NCBI RefSeq assembly: GCF_004102945.1
Contig: NZ_CP019384.1
Span: forward strand, 420,001-452,000
Length of the DNA: 32,000 bases
Reading direction: 5' to 3'
Origin: Candidatus Velamenicoccus archaeovorus
GTDB lineage: Bacteria > Omnitrophota > Gorgyraeia > Velamenicoccales > Velamenicoccaceae
Made by a program: the position numbers and the translations under genes. Positions within the stretch are counted from its first letter, which is position 1. Each line of letters opens with the position of its first letter. Positions 30,705 through 32,000 of this stretch are shown one piece after another. Under the pieces are notes generated by a model. That model made no database searches and was not told where the DNA came from. It saw only the letters and a program-made list of their open reading frames with translations.

Positions 30705-31799
30705 ATGACAAAAACACGAGGGATGAGGATTGGGGCGGTGGTGATTTTCTTTTTGGCCTTGACGGCGGGCGTGTCTTCGGCCTGCAGTGATTTTCAGCTC
30801 AAAGCCAAAGACGGCACCATTGTGATCGGCCGTTCGATGGAGTTTCCCGTTGACCTGCATTCGCGCGTGGTCATCGTCCCCCGAGGCAGGCAGTTTGTTA
30901 GCGTCAACGACAAGGGGGTCAAAGGGACCAGTTGGGTCAATAAATACGGTTTCCTGGGGATCGATGCCTATGGAGCCAAGAACACCTATGTCGAGGGTTT
31001 CAACGAGAAGGGGCTGGCTTTTGACGCGCTGATGTTTACGGGCGCCGAGTATCAAGAAGCCGTTGCCGGCCGATTCGTCACGATCAGCGATTTTGGCTCC
31101 TGGGTTATGGGGAATTTTGCGACAGTCGATGAGGTGAAGGCGGCTCTGTCCGATGTCAATGTCGCCGGCACGCGTCTCAAAGAAGCCGGTGGTGAGATAT
31201 ATATGCACATCGCCCTGCATGATGCCGGCGGAAAGAACCTGGTCATCGAGTTTATCGACGGCAAGGTCCATGTTTACGATAATCCGCTGGGCGTGATGAC
31301 GAACCGTCCGGATTTTTCCTGGCAGATCAACAACCTGCGCAACTATATCAATCTCGATGCGCACGACAGAAAAGACAAGGAGCTCGGCGGCCTTAAGATC
31401 GAACCCACGGGCGTGGGCAGCGGCATGCTTGGTTTGCCCGGCGATTGGACGCCGCCGTCGCGTTTTGTCCGTCTGGCGCTTAGCGTGGAGGCGGCCCTGC
31501 CGCCGGCGGATGCCGAGGAAGCCGTGAACCTGGCCCAGCATCTTTTAAACATCGTCGACATTCCCAAGGGGGTCATCAAAGAAAACCCTGAGCCTTTTGT
31601 TACCCTGGAAGGTTATGCCCAATGGGTGGTGATCAAGGATTTGACCAATCTTGTTTTGTATTATAAGACCTATGAAGATTCCGCCTTAAAGAAAGTAGAT
31701 CTAAAGCGTTTCGGTTTGTCTCCGGACAAGAAAGAGCTGTCGATCGCCATCGATGACCGCCGTCAGATCTTTATCGACGTCAGCGGAGACCTCAAATAG
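30705..31799 (+). CDS. Secreted choloylglycine hydrolase / penicillin V acylase-family Ntn-hydrolase
   Basis: The signal peptide ends ...TAGVSSA and is followed by CSDFQLKAKDGTIVIGRSMEF, which gives the N-terminal nucleophile Cys context. MTNRPDFSWQINNLRNY is typical of the CBAH family. Confidence 0.78.
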   Translation: MTKTRGMRIGAVVIFFLALTAGVSSACSDFQLKAKDGTIVIGRSMEFPVDLHSRVVIVPRGRQFVSVNDKGVKGTSWVNKYGFLGIDAYGAKNTYVEGFNEKGLAFDALMFTGAEYQEAVAGRFVTISDFGSWVMGNFATVDEVKAALSDVNVAGTRLKEAGGEIYMHIALHDAGGKNLVIEFIDGKVHVYDNPLGVMTNRPDFSWQINNLRNYINLDAHDRKDKELGGLKIEPTGVGSGMLGLPGDWTPPSRFVRLALSVEAALPPADAEEAVNLAQHLLNIVDIPKGVIKENPEPFVTLEGYAQWVVIKDLTNLVLYYKTYEDSALKKVDLKRFGLSPDKKELSIAIDDRRQIFIDVSGDLK

Positions 31800-31829
31800 C
31801 GGTATTTTTTTGCGCAAGGGAAGGGTTTG

Positions 31830-31868
31830 GCGGCCATGATCAGGATGTCGATCATGGCCGCGTTTTTA
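31830..31868 (+). terminator. Rho-independent terminator
   Basis: A perfect 12-bp stem GCGGCCATGATC-aggatgtc-GATCATGGCCGC is followed by GTTTTTA, 31 nt after the stop at 31799. Confidence 0.8.
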
Positions 31869-32000
31869 TGTGCAGATGCGCAGGGAGCAAAGAGAGACTT
31901 GCGCGGCTAAGCCCTTAAAGCGTAATAATAGCCGTCTTTGGTCTTTATTTCTACAGGGACCCCAAAAAGCTTTTTGATGTTCTTGCCGTTCAATATCCTG

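Noticed and set aside
31907-32000. Possible 3' end of a - strand gene running into the window edge (...ILNGKNIKKLFGVPVEIKTKDGYYYALRA*).
   Set aside because: Only ~31 codons are visible, which is not statistically distinguishable from a chance open frame, and no motif is recognisable.

Overview
Densely packed bacterial chromosomal window, mostly + strand operons with ATGA-type start/stop overlaps. GC is in the mid-50s % by eye. It is probably from an uncultured anaerobe, but I cannot assign taxonomy from sequence alone. Core genes: three AsmA-like/DUF748-like envelope proteins; a self-contained xanthine-oxidase-family molybdoenzyme cluster (MogA/MoaB-like, FAD, 2Fe-2S and Mo subunits, MocA-like cytidylyltransferase, XdhC); PNPOx-like, YkgJ-like, SemiSWEET-like and PfkB-kinase genes; an OmpA-like lipoprotein; greA; a polyprenyl synthase; an NDH-2-like oxidoreductase; a cell-wall amidase; murI-queD-queC-queE-queF; class I fumarase alpha/beta; rph-rdgB; a secreted choloylglycine-hydrolase-family enzyme. 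Two signals are not explained by ordinary annotation. (1) An accessory hot spot at about 25.5-30.7 kb holds tRNA-Pro(UGG), tRNA-Arg(UCU) and tRNA-His(GUG), two ~80-aa GIY-YIG ORFs sitting just upstream of tRNAs, and tandem repeats. It also holds a ~2.5 kb AT-rich islet inserted exactly at the tRNA-His 3' end. The islet is bounded by a 15-nt direct repeat and carries only a ParB/Srx-like 457-aa protein plus a Dam-family m6A methyltransferase. I read this as a candidate uncharacterised RM-like or defence module. (2) Five co-oriented copies of a modular, multi-hairpin intergenic repeat family, including 45-nt tandem GTAG-hairpin units with Shine-Dalgarno-like arms. One copy is flanked by a perfect 19-bp duplication and one splits the fumarase alpha/beta genes. 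All functional calls come from motifs read in the translations; no database search was possible.
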